This document shows, piece after piece, positions 1 through 9,150 of a DNA stretch of 14,366 nt (positions are counted from its first letter, which is position 1; each line of letters starts with the position of its first letter). Source of the stretch: Piromyces finnis finn (lineage: Eukaryota > Fungi > Neocallimastigomycota); NCBI GenBank assembly GCA_002104945.1, contig MCFH01000222.1, positions 1-14,366 of the forward strand. Direction: 5' to 3'. Below the pieces are notes generated by a model, which saw only the letters and a list, made by a program, of their open reading frames with translations, did no database searches and was not told the DNA's origin. The translations under genes and the position numbers were made by a program.

Positions 1-217
1 GTTTCGTTGTTTATTTTACCAAAAATGTACCAATACCTTTGAATTCACATGTAGTATTTGGCAATTCATATGTATATTTCGGCAATTTACATTTCATATT
101 ATATTTTCAAGGCGATAAAAATTTTTCGCCTTGAAATATAATATGAAATGTGCCAACAATACTACATGTGAATTCAAAGGTTATTGGTACATTTATTGGT
201 AAAATAAAAACGAAAAC
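1..217. repeat. Near spacer-less long inverted repeat (fold-back) made of Copia protease-coding DNA
   Basis: The reverse complement of 121-217 aligns to 1-120 (e.g. CTTTGAATTCACATGTAGTATT at 37-58 vs AATACTACATGTGAATTCAAAG at 158-179). Centre is GGCGATAAAA|ATTTTTCGCC at about 120/121. The arms differ by single-base indels and a 26-nt extra segment (64-89) in the left arm. Confidence 0.92.
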
Positions 218-1439
218 AATCCGTTTAGATAATGTATACTATTCAGACAAAATTAACAAAAACCTAATTATGTATCAAACTAACACAAACAGGATATCAT
301 GTTTGAAATCGATTATATAAATAATAAAACAACATTAATTCTTAAGAAATATAACAATAACAAAAAATGTAAACAAGAATTGGAAGATATATAGCTGACC
401 CTTCCAACATCATTAAGATACCAATAAACGTTTTAAAAATCTTCAATTTCTAATGTATCTACTAATAAAAATGAACTAGACGAATACAGTAATCGTCTTT
501 GGCATAAACGCCTTGGACATTTCTACCAAGACAATCTTACAAATTACTTAAGCCTTCACAATATTAAAAAACCAGATTGTCTACAATGAAAATTTCAAAA
601 CTTAAAAGATTACCTCACAAAGGTAAAACACCTGTTGCATCAAGAATCCTTGAAACAATACACTCCGATGTGATGGGACCAATGAATCTTATTTCTAGTA
701 CAGGTAAAAGTTCATTTTAACTTTTATTGATGAATTTTCTAGAAATCATGGGTATATTTACTAAATAATAAAAAGGAAGTTGCTAAAAATGTTATAGAAT
801 TTATAAATATATTACAAACAAATATGATCTCAAAGTTAAGTACTTTAAGACTGACAATGGAAGGATACATGAACAAAAAGATTATTAATTTCTGCTCAAG
901 AAATGGTATTAGTAAGTTACTCGCCACCATATACTCCTGAAATTAATGGAAAAGCAGAAAGGTTTAACCAAACGTTAGTCAATTGTGCTAAACTCTTTTA
1001 GTTCTAGTAGATTAGACACAGATTCTGGGATTATGCTATCAACTATGGAAATTTCTTATAAATATTAAACCCTCATAAAGGTATTGGAATTCTATCCCTA
1101 ATGAAGTATTTTTTAACAAGAAAGTTGACCTAAAATATGTAAAAACATTTGGATGTATAGCATACTTAAGGATTATTCACAAAACAAAGGAAAATTTGAT
1201 AACAACTGTAAAGAAGGTGTTTTTTTAGGGACTTAGTTTTAAACAGACTGTTACATTATAATGGATTATCAAGATTATAAATTACACCTTGTCCGTGAAG
1301 CCGTATTTGAAGAAGATAAACCATCCAATTTCAATTTATCGAAAGGAAACCTAGATGATAATTTTAAACTACCCTCAGATGATAGATTTTCAAATGACAC
1401 TGATGAAAAAATACAAAATGCAAACAATAATCATATTAA
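143..1439 (+). pseudogene. Copia-1 pol, protease C-half and integrase, frameshifted as written
   Basis: Motifs recovered across frames: MKCANNTTCEFKG (143-181), IRLDNVYYS (about 219-245), LWHKRLGH (497-520), IHSDVMGP (658-681), TFIDEFSR, KTDNG (847-861), SPPYTPEINGKAER (921-962), FWDYA, KTFGCIAY, KGKFD...GVFLG. The disruptions I examined are single-base indels rather than nonsense substitutions. Confidence 0.9.
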
Positions 1440-1697
1440 TTTACAGATATCAATTTTCAAAATACTTATGAAAATTTAGATAATAATGATATTATATCAA
1501 CTCATAAAAATGACAATAATACTAATGATGAGATAAATGATAGTACACACTCTTTCGATGAAGACTCAGAAATTATTAGTATAACAACTGATAATAATAT
1601 ACAAGATAATAGCAATAATACAACTATTAATGAAGTTGCTATTGAAAACAATAATAGAATCAACAATACAAACACTTGTTCCAAACAAAGTTATACA

Positions 1698-3566
1698 ATG
1701 GAAGATGTCATAGAACTTTTAGATAATTTCAAAATTTCACCAGAAAATGATTATTCTTTTAATCCAAAAAATGCTAATATAGATAAAACAAAATTAAAAA
1801 GAAGACACAGTTTTAATGATATATCTTACAACAAAAAGAAGAAAATATATCAAGAATATTTTAATTCAATAGTAAAAAGAAAATTAAATGACAACGACTA
1901 TAAAATAAGTAATAAGAAATATAAAATTAATGAAATAATTAACAATTTACCTGTTAAAAGACCTGGATGTAAAATAGATAATAATAATGTTAAACGTGCT
2001 ACAAACATTAATTATGATAGGGAAATTGCAAATATAAACATGGATTCTCCACTAACATTTAATGATGCTATAACAAGCAAATATAAAAATAAATGGATAG
2101 AAGCAATTAAAAATGAATTAAAAAATTTATACGATAACAATATTATGAATTTAGTTTCAAAATTACCTGAAAATAAAAATCCAATTAAAACAAAATGGGT
2201 TTTCACAATAAAACGTGACAGTAATAATGATATTGTAAAATTCAAAGCAAGATTAGTAGCAAAAGGATATAGTCAAATAAGAGGAATTGACTATGAATTA
2301 ACATTTTCTCCTACTCTTAGCATCGATAGTATTAAACTTATTATTTCATTATCAGCAAAATTTCATTGGAAAATATTTCAACTTGATATTAAAGCTGCTT
2401 ACCTTAATGCAAAATTAGATAAGGACATATATGTTACAATCCCACAAGGAGACAAAAATTATGGAAGAGGATACTGGAAATTAAACAAAGCTTTATATGG
2501 CTTAAAACAGTCTGGACGTCAATGGAACGAAACAATTACTTTATTTCTTAAAAATAATGGTTTCAAACAACTGATTTCTGAACAATGCATTTTCAAAAGA
2601 GAACGAAATGGTATTACAACATGCATTATAGGTATATATGTTGATGATATGATCATCACTGGGAAAACGTTTGAAATTGAAAAAACTATTAAACTGATAA
2701 AAAACAATTTTAAAATATCAAATTGTGAAAAAATAAATTATTTACTTGGAATAAAAATAGAAAATAATGGTTTTAAATATTCAATATCACAAACAAATTA
2801 TATTGAAAACATTTTATCTAAATATAATATTAAAAATACTCGTAAAGCAAAAACACCATGCACAGGAGATAATATAAACGAAAATAAAACACCATTCGAA
2901 AAAACCACATACAAAAGTGTTTTAGGTTCTTTGATTTATTTATCAAAATGTAGCCGCCCAGATATTGCCTATGCAGTAAATAAAGCAGCCAGAAATGCGG
3001 AAAATCCAACAATATCTGATTGGTATAAGGTAATGAATATCTTAAAATATTTAAATTATACTAAAAATTATAAAATCGAATATTCAGGAACAGGGGAAAT
3101 TTTAGCTTATTCAGACTCAGACTTAGGAGGTGACCCAAAAGATAAAAAATCAACATCAGGTCACATAATTTTGATGGGAAATGATCCAATATGTTGGTCC
3201 TCAAGAAAACAATCTACAGTAGCTACTTCATCAATGGAGGCTGAATATATAAGCACAACGGAATGCTCAAAAAAGGTATTATGGATAAGAAGCATATTAC
3301 AAGAACTATTCAATTTTAAAAAACCAATAAAAATCTTTACAGACAATTTATCAAGTAAAACTTCTATTGAAAATGGACAATTAAACTCAAAATTAAAACA
3401 TATAAATATAAAATTTTATTTCAATCAAGACCACATTAAAAATAAAAGAATAATTTTAGAATACATCAATACAGAAGACATGTTGGCTGATGTTCTAACT
3501 AAAAATGTTAATGGACCAAAAATGAAGAAATTCTCAAACATAATTTTCAAACATGCAGAAAATTAA
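1698..3566 (+). CDS. pol: Copia-1 pol C-terminal part: N/K-rich linker, reverse transcriptase (RVT_2 type) and RNase H
   Basis: The 622-aa ORF is open without stops from 1440, so the ATG at 1698 is internal. RT motifs: KWVFTIK, KARLVAKGYSQ, QLDIKAAYLNA, LNKALYGLKQSGRQW, YVDD (2637-2648). RNase H motifs: YSDSDLGG, EAEY, TDN, KHINIKFYF, LADVLTK. Confidence 0.96.
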   Translation: MEDVIELLDNFKISPENDYSFNPKNANIDKTKLKRRHSFNDISYNKKKKIYQEYFNSIVKRKLNDNDYKISNKKYKINEIINNLPVKRPGCKIDNNNVKRATNINYDREIANINMDSPLTFNDAITSKYKNKWIEAIKNELKNLYDNNIMNLVSKLPENKNPIKTKWVFTIKRDSNNDIVKFKARLVAKGYSQIRGIDYELTFSPTLSIDSIKLIISLSAKFHWKIFQLDIKAAYLNAKLDKDIYVTIPQGDKNYGRGYWKLNKALYGLKQSGRQWNETITLFLKNNGFKQLISEQCIFKRERNGITTCIIGIYVDDMIITGKTFEIEKTIKLIKNNFKISNCEKINYLLGIKIENNGFKYSISQTNYIENILSKYNIKNTRKAKTPCTGDNINENKTPFEKTTYKSVLGSLIYLSKCSRPDIAYAVNKAARNAENPTISDWYKVMNILKYLNYTKNYKIEYSGTGEILAYSDSDLGGDPKDKKSTSGHIILMGNDPICWSSRKQSTVATSSMEAEYISTTECSKKVLWIRSILQELFNFKKPIKIFTDNLSSKTSIENGQLNSKLKHINIKFYFNQDHIKNKRIILEYINTEDMLADVLTKNVNGPKMKKFSNIIFKHAEN

Positions 3567-3570
3567 GTTT

Positions 3571-3580
3571 GACAGGGGAA
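3571..3580 (+). other. Polypurine tract of Copia-1
   Basis: GACAGGGGAA lies 5 nt after the pol stop and directly abuts TGTTAG at 3581. Confidence 0.88.
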
Positions 3581-3828
3581 TGTTAGAAATATTAAAAAAC
3601 AAAGAAATATTTCTTTTTGAATATATATAATGAATTTAAATTAAATTAAGATCGTTGTTAAAATATATTAAAGTATATTTTTACATCTCATTGTATTATT
3701 TTGACATGTATTATTAACAAGCCACAATTAGTATAAATATGATTGTAATTTTCCATTTTTGTAATACTTTGTAATTACCAAAATATAAAATATATTTTAT
3801 TATTAAATAAAGTTTATTATTAAAAACA
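3581..3828 (+). repeat. 3' LTR of Copia-1 (alternative end 3881)
   Basis: Starts TGTTAGAA after the PPT, with TATAAATA at 3732-3739 and AATAAA at 3806-3811. It ends ...AAAACA at 3828, giving 248 bp, the same length as the Copia-2 LTR. An alternative end TTCTAATA at 3881 is a 7/8 inverse match to the start. Confidence 0.75.
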
Positions 3829-4489
3829 TATTATAAAACGTTTTGTAATTAATAATATTTTTTCATAATTATATTCTAATATATTATTCTATTTAAATAA
3901 ACATATATTTAATATAAAATAAACAAAACTAATTTAATTAAATAATAAAATAACAGAACTAAACTAAACTAATTCATTATACTTTTAATTCAATTTGAGT
4001 AAACTCAAAATTGAATAAAGCCCATGTATTTTCTATAAATTAATTTAATATTATCAATACTATTCTTAATATATTTCCTATTGAAATATAAATAAATCTA
4101 TTTTTAAAACTAAGTTAAAATTATTAAACTATTCTAAATTTAAATAAAAAAGTATAATCTATTCTAAAATTAAATAAAAGTATTTAAAAAATATTTTAAT
4201 TATTTTAAATATTTGAAATATTTAAATTTAATTAAAATTCTTTTATTCCTTAAACTTAAATATTTATCTTAATTTAAATTTAACGGAATTATTATAAAAT
4301 AATTTATTATTAAATTATTCCATAAAATTTACTCAAAAATTTTATAATCAGTTTTGCTAAATATTAATTTATTATTTAATAATTAATAATTAATTATTAA
4401 ATAATCTAAAGATATATCTTATATCTTTACAATATTAGACTTTATTTTCAACCAAGAAATTTTGAAAGCGATTTCGACCATTTCGCAAA

Positions 4490-5644
4490 ATGAATAAATT
4501 TAAAATAAAAAACAATTTAATTACTTATAACGATTTAATTTATATTCCAGAAAAATTAAGATTAGAATTCTTAACTAAGTACCATGAAAATCCAGCTGCA
4601 GGACATTTAGGTGTAAAAAGAACATTAGAATTAATTACAAGAAATTTCTGGTGGCCTAAAGTTGAAAAGGATGTTACAAATTTTGTTAAATCATGCGAAG
4701 TTTGTGCCAGGAATAAAATAAATAGACATAGAAAATATGGATTATTACAACCACTTGAAGTTCCAGATAAACCCTGGGAATCTATCGAAATTGACTTCCT
4801 ATGCGGTCTGCCTGAATCTAAAGGTTACACGATAATAATGGTGGTTGTAGACAGGTTCTCAAAAATGATACATTTAATACCTTTTAAACAAATACCTGAT
4901 GCCAAAGAAACAGCCAAAGCATTCATGGAAAACATATTTAAATTACACGGCTTGCCGAAGAATATTTATTCTGATCGCGGTACTCAATTCACAAGCGCAT
5001 TATGGCAAGAATTAATGGAAATGCTTAATATTAAATCTATTTTAGCCACAACTGACCATCATGAAACAGTCGGTCAGGTTGAAAGATGCAATGCTTTCAT
5101 TACTCAATACTTGAGGTGTTATTCAAAAGCCTACTACCACAATGATTGGGTAGACTGGTTATATTTAGCAGAATTTTCTTATAATAATGCAATTAATGAA
5201 TCAACAAAAGAATCACCATTTTTCATAAATTATGGTTTTCACCCAGCAATGGATGATAATTTTCTTCTTTCTGATGCAGATACCAATTTAAAAATAGCTA
5301 GAAATATTAGTGATAATTTCAATCATATTAAAGATGTTTTAACCAGATCAATTGAATTATATAAACGTGCTGCCGATAAGAAAAGAATGGTTGCACCTAT
5401 TTTCAAAGTAGGTGATCTTGTATGGATACAAGCTCCTCCATCCTTTAATACTGAAGAAAGAACAAAACTTGCTCCATGTAAATATGGACCTTACAAAATT
5501 CAAGAAGTTTTGAAATTTAACAATTATAAAATAAATATAAAAAATTCACCATTCCCAAAGTATCATTCAGTATTTCATATATCAGAACTAGAACCATTTA
5601 TTCCAACTCCAAAAAATTTTATAAAAAGAAATTCACATCAATAA
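4490..5644 (+). CDS. Gypsy integrase (H2C2 zinc finger, rve core, GPY/F)
   Basis: HENPAAGH...CEVC zinc finger; WESIEIDF, VVDRFSKM, SDRGTQF and GQVER with exact D-35-E spacing; KLAPCKYGPYKI GPY/F motif. The ATG is internal to the original pol. Confidence 0.95.
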   Translation: MNKFKIKNNLITYNDLIYIPEKLRLEFLTKYHENPAAGHLGVKRTLELITRNFWWPKVEKDVTNFVKSCEVCARNKINRHRKYGLLQPLEVPDKPWESIEIDFLCGLPESKGYTIIMVVVDRFSKMIHLIPFKQIPDAKETAKAFMENIFKLHGLPKNIYSDRGTQFTSALWQELMEMLNIKSILATTDHHETVGQVERCNAFITQYLRCYSKAYYHNDWVDWLYLAEFSYNNAINESTKESPFFINYGFHPAMDDNFLLSDADTNLKIARNISDNFNHIKDVLTRSIELYKRAADKKRMVAPIFKVGDLVWIQAPPSFNTEERTKLAPCKYGPYKIQEVLKFNNYKINIKNSPFPKYHSVFHISELEPFIPTPKNFIKRNSHQ

Positions 5645-5878
5645 TCTATTAAAGATATAATTGAAATTTCAGGATTTAGAACTAATTATAAATTAAAACA
5701 ATATGAATATAAAATCAGATATAAATATAGTTCTAAATACCACTGGGTTCCTTCTAGCGAAGTCGAAGACAATCCCAGAAATCAAAAGATTTATTTATTA
5801 TATTTAGAAAATAAAAGAAAACCGGTTTCTATTGCGTATAACAAAAAATTTATAAATAATATAATTAATTTAAAATAA
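5645..5878 (+). pseudogene. Chromodomain-like C-terminal extension of the integrase, in frame behind a TAA
   Basis: The same frame continues 77 codons after TAA (5642-5644): SIKDIIEISGFRTNYKLKQYEYKIRYKYSSKYHWVPSSEVEDNPRNQKIYLLYL... It matches the chromo pattern E.I...R / eYlVkWk / tWeP..nl by eye only. Confidence 0.65.
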
Positions 5879-6359
5879 TAATTTTTCTTATTGCGATATA
5901 ATTTTAAATAATAATAGTTAACATTTCCCAATTTTCAAAATTTTCAAAAATTTTATTTTTAATTTTTATTAATAAATTTATAATATTTATACACAAAATA
6001 AGCAATATAAAACATTTTTTCATCAAAAATAAGCAATTTTTTAATTTTTGAAATTTTCAAAATTTCAACATTTCAATATAAATCAAAAAATTTTACAACG
6101 AAATTTATATTAATTTTTATATATTCTTAATCAGCGATATCGATTTCCATAACAAAATTTTAATTTCATCAAAAAATTCAACAAAAAATTTTTTCGCAAA
6201 GTGCACATGGCCAATTGAATCTAAAAGGATTCAAGTGCCCTTTCGAAGTAATTACTTCTTCTCGAGAAAAATCAAAAATTTTCCAAAAATTTTTTCAAAC
6301 CTTAAAAACCTTAAATTTTAATATTTAATACTTTGTAATTCGCCTGGAATGCGAATTTT

Positions 6360-6371
6360 AAAGGAGGGCGT
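6360..6371 (+). other. Polypurine tract of the Gypsy element
   Basis: AAAGGAGGG(CGT) immediately precedes TGTCAAG at 6372. Confidence 0.85.
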
Positions 6372-7079
6372 TGTCAAGAATAGAAGACGATTAAAAAATA
6401 AATTAAATATTCAAATAAACAATTTAAAAATCAAATTTATATTTCAAAAATTATAAAACACTTTTAAAAATAATTAAAAGATCACTTGAAAAAATTTAAT
6501 ATTGAAAAGGGTTAAGGATCACAAAAATTTAATTTTCAATAAATTAACCCTTGAGAAGAAAATGTTATTATACGAAACCTAGTGATAACTTCTGAATCTC
6601 GTGTCCTATTTTCCTTTTCTAGAGACTTCAAACCAATTTTATTAGAAAGTACTAGTTGAGATCTATATTCTCACAAATTATCAGCTAATTTAGACCACTA
6701 GTTCTTGAGATATAGCTATTTAAAGAATTAATTAGTTCCAATTAATATATAATAATATATATTAAAATGATTAATATTAATTTATATAATTAAAGTCATT
6801 ATTCAAGTCATCCAACTTTCTATAAATAATTTAATTTAAAAATTCTCCATTATTATTAAATAAGGTTAGATAATAAATATTCTTGATTACAAACCTAATC
6901 AATTATAAAAATTAATTAATAAATTTTCAAATAATTTTGATTAATAACCTCAATCATAATCAAACCAAAAAGCCTTTGGATCAAAAATCATTAGTTATAA
7001 TTATTAATTAATTAATCATGAGAATATATAATTAGTATCAGTAATTGTTATTCTCAATTTATAATATTAAATATTTACA
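6372..7079 (+). repeat. Gypsy 3' LTR (708 bp)
   Basis: TGTCAAG...TTTACA termini, follows the PPT, TATAAATA at 6821-6828. Aligns end to end with 8500-9150. Confidence 0.88.
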
Positions 7080-7682
7080 ATTTAAAATGGTTAAAACAAT
7101 ACTTTTATTTTAAAAGTAATTTAAAAGATTAATCTTAAGATCTATCATATGAATTCATATTATTAATATCAATATCAATTATTAATACTTTAATTATTTT
7201 ATTTTTATTATCAATATTAATATCAATATTAATATCAATGTAATTTTATTATATGTAAGAAAAAAATATTTAAACAAAGAATTGAAATCAATTTTGAAAT
7301 TCTTTGTAAGATTATTAATTATTAATTATTAACTATAATATAACTTAATAAATATTATCTTAATAAATAATTAATTAATAATAAAAAAATATAATAACTT
7401 ATTAATTGTATACAAAGTAAAAATTAATATTTAAAATATCAGGTATACAAAAAAATATTATAATTGAAATAATAAAAATATTCAATGAAATATCATATAA
7501 AAAGTATATTAAAACTTATTATTAAAACATCGATATTTTAAAAAAATATTATAAATATCATTTATTTAAAATTGAAATATATTTATATATATAAAAGATT
7601 ATAAATCATAAATATATTATACAATGCTTTCATTAAATAATATTTCATTATTTTTACAATATATGAAATATTATATTAATGC

Positions 7683-7843
<161 letters not shown>

Positions 7844-8499
7844 GCTTTACATTATAATTTGTAAGAATTAATATTAAATTAATATTTATTCTTATATAAT
7901 TAAACATTAAATAGAAATTTAATGAATTTATTTAGTATATATTTATTTATTCATTAATATAATATAGTAAGTTTATTTAGTACATTAATTATTCATACAC
8001 TAATTACATTATAAAATGTTTATTTAAAATATATTTATTTATTTATTTAAATAATATAGCAAATTTATTCAATATATTAGTTTTACGTACATTTAGATTA
8101 ATTAATAATATTTATTTAGAGATTTGTGATTCATTCATTCATTTATTGGTAAAATTATTATACAAAATTTTCATATATTAAAACATTTTATTTTATTTTG
8201 TTTAATATATTAGAAATATCGGATATTAAGGTTTTTTCTTTATTAAGTTTTACTTAATATTACGATAATTAATATGTATAAAATATCAATCAAATTTCTT
8301 TTTAGGTTTTTCCTCTAATCTTTTCCTAAAAAGATATTTGTTAAAATTAGAAATTAATTATTAAATTTTAAATTTTGATAAAATTATAAATAAGAGGACT
8401 TTTGGAGTTCACTAAAGAATCCAAAGTTATTATTATAATCATTACAATATATGTAAGAAATAATAACTATTTAATGTATAATTAATATTTCTTAGTTAA

Positions 8500-9150
8500 T
8501 ATCAAGAATAGAAGACGATTAATAAATAAATTAAATATTTAAATAATAATTTAAAAATCAATTTTATATCTCAAAAATTATAAAATATTTTAAAAATAAT
8601 TAAGAGTACTTTGAAAAAATTTAATATTGAAAAGGGTTAAAGATTACAAAAATTTATTTTTCAATTTTTTCAATACATTAATTTTGAGTAAAGAATGCAT
8701 TATACAAAACTAGCGATAGCTTTTGAATCTCACGTCCTATATCCGTTTTCTAGGGACAGTCAAATTGGTTTTATTGGAGAGCAAGGGTTGGGATCTATAT
8801 CCTCACAAATTTTCAGCTATTTTAGATCACTAGTTTTAAAGATATTGTTAATATTAATTTATATAATTAAAGTCATTATTCAAGTCATCCAACTTTCTAT
8901 AAATAATTTAATTTAAAAATTCTCCATTATTATTAAATAAGGTTAGATAATAAATAATCTTGATTTCAAACCTAATAAAAACTAATAATTTTTCAAATAA
9001 TTTTGATTAATAACCTCAATCATAATCAAACCAAATAACCTTTTGATAAAAAAACCTTAGATTAGTAATAATTATTAATTAATTAATCATGAGAATATAT
9101 AATTAGTATCAACAATTAGTATTCTCAATTTATAATATTATGCATTTACA
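8500..9150 (+). mobile_element. Solo LTR of the same Gypsy family (651 bp)
   Basis: Starts TATCAAGAATAGAAGACGATT (TG changed to TA) and ends TTTACA. Colinear with 6372-7079 apart from a roughly 50-bp indel. No PPT upstream and no internal element sequence on either side. Confidence 0.87.

Larger units (their letters stand above)
121..3828 (+). mobile_element. Ty1/Copia LTR retrotransposon, 5'-truncated (Copia-1)
   Basis: Domain order is protease C-half, GAG-pre-integrase, rve integrase, SH3-like, RT, RNase H, then PPT and TG-starting LTR. Integrase before RT is the Copia hallmark. Gag, 5' LTR and the protease DSG/DTG motif are absent from the window. Confidence 0.95.
4408..7079 (+). mobile_element. 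Ty3/Gypsy (chromovirus-like) LTR retrotransposon, 5'-truncated
   Basis: Gypsy-type integrase followed by a chromodomain-like segment, long 3' UTR, PPT and LTR. An upstream frame (KDISYIFTILDFIFNQEILKAI, 4408-4473) probably belongs to the same pol. No recognisable RT/RNase H or gag upstream. The left boundary is approximate. Confidence 0.9.

Noticed and set aside
1-217. MITE or fold-back DNA transposon inserted in Copia
   Set aside because: The arms are themselves Copia protease-coding sequence that continues directly into pol, so there is no foreign element, TIR pair or TSD.
739-3346. Short minus-strand ORFs (739-930, 1502-1684, 2012-2245, 2519-2707, 2830-3012, 3161-3346)
   Set aside because: Antisense shadows of Copia pol; hydrophobic F/L/I bias is expected from an A-rich sense strand, and there are no motifs.
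3989-4015. Small hairpin TTCAATTTGAGT-AA-ACTCAAAATTGAA, plus a roughly 28-bp tandem duplication at about 4125-4183
   Set aside because: Isolated, AT-rich, with no associated termini or context; no function can be supported.
3882-4407. Possible hypermutated RT/RNase H remnant upstream of the Gypsy integrase
   Set aside because: Fragments such as YLS*FKF and an ADxLS-compatible stretch appear only after assuming many transitions. At about 11% GC such matches arise by chance. Alignment to an intact copy is needed.
7254-7560. TGTAAGAA...ACAAAGAA start resembling the Copia LTR starts
   Set aside because: No AAGCCAC/TATA module, no definable CA end and no TSD; similarity is too short for this base composition.
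8695-8916. 73-aa ORF inside the solo LTR, and the 63-aa ORF at 12297-12488 inside the Copia-2 LTR
   Set aside because: Both lie within LTRs and have no recognisable motif. The first is not preserved in the sister LTR, which has indels in the same region.
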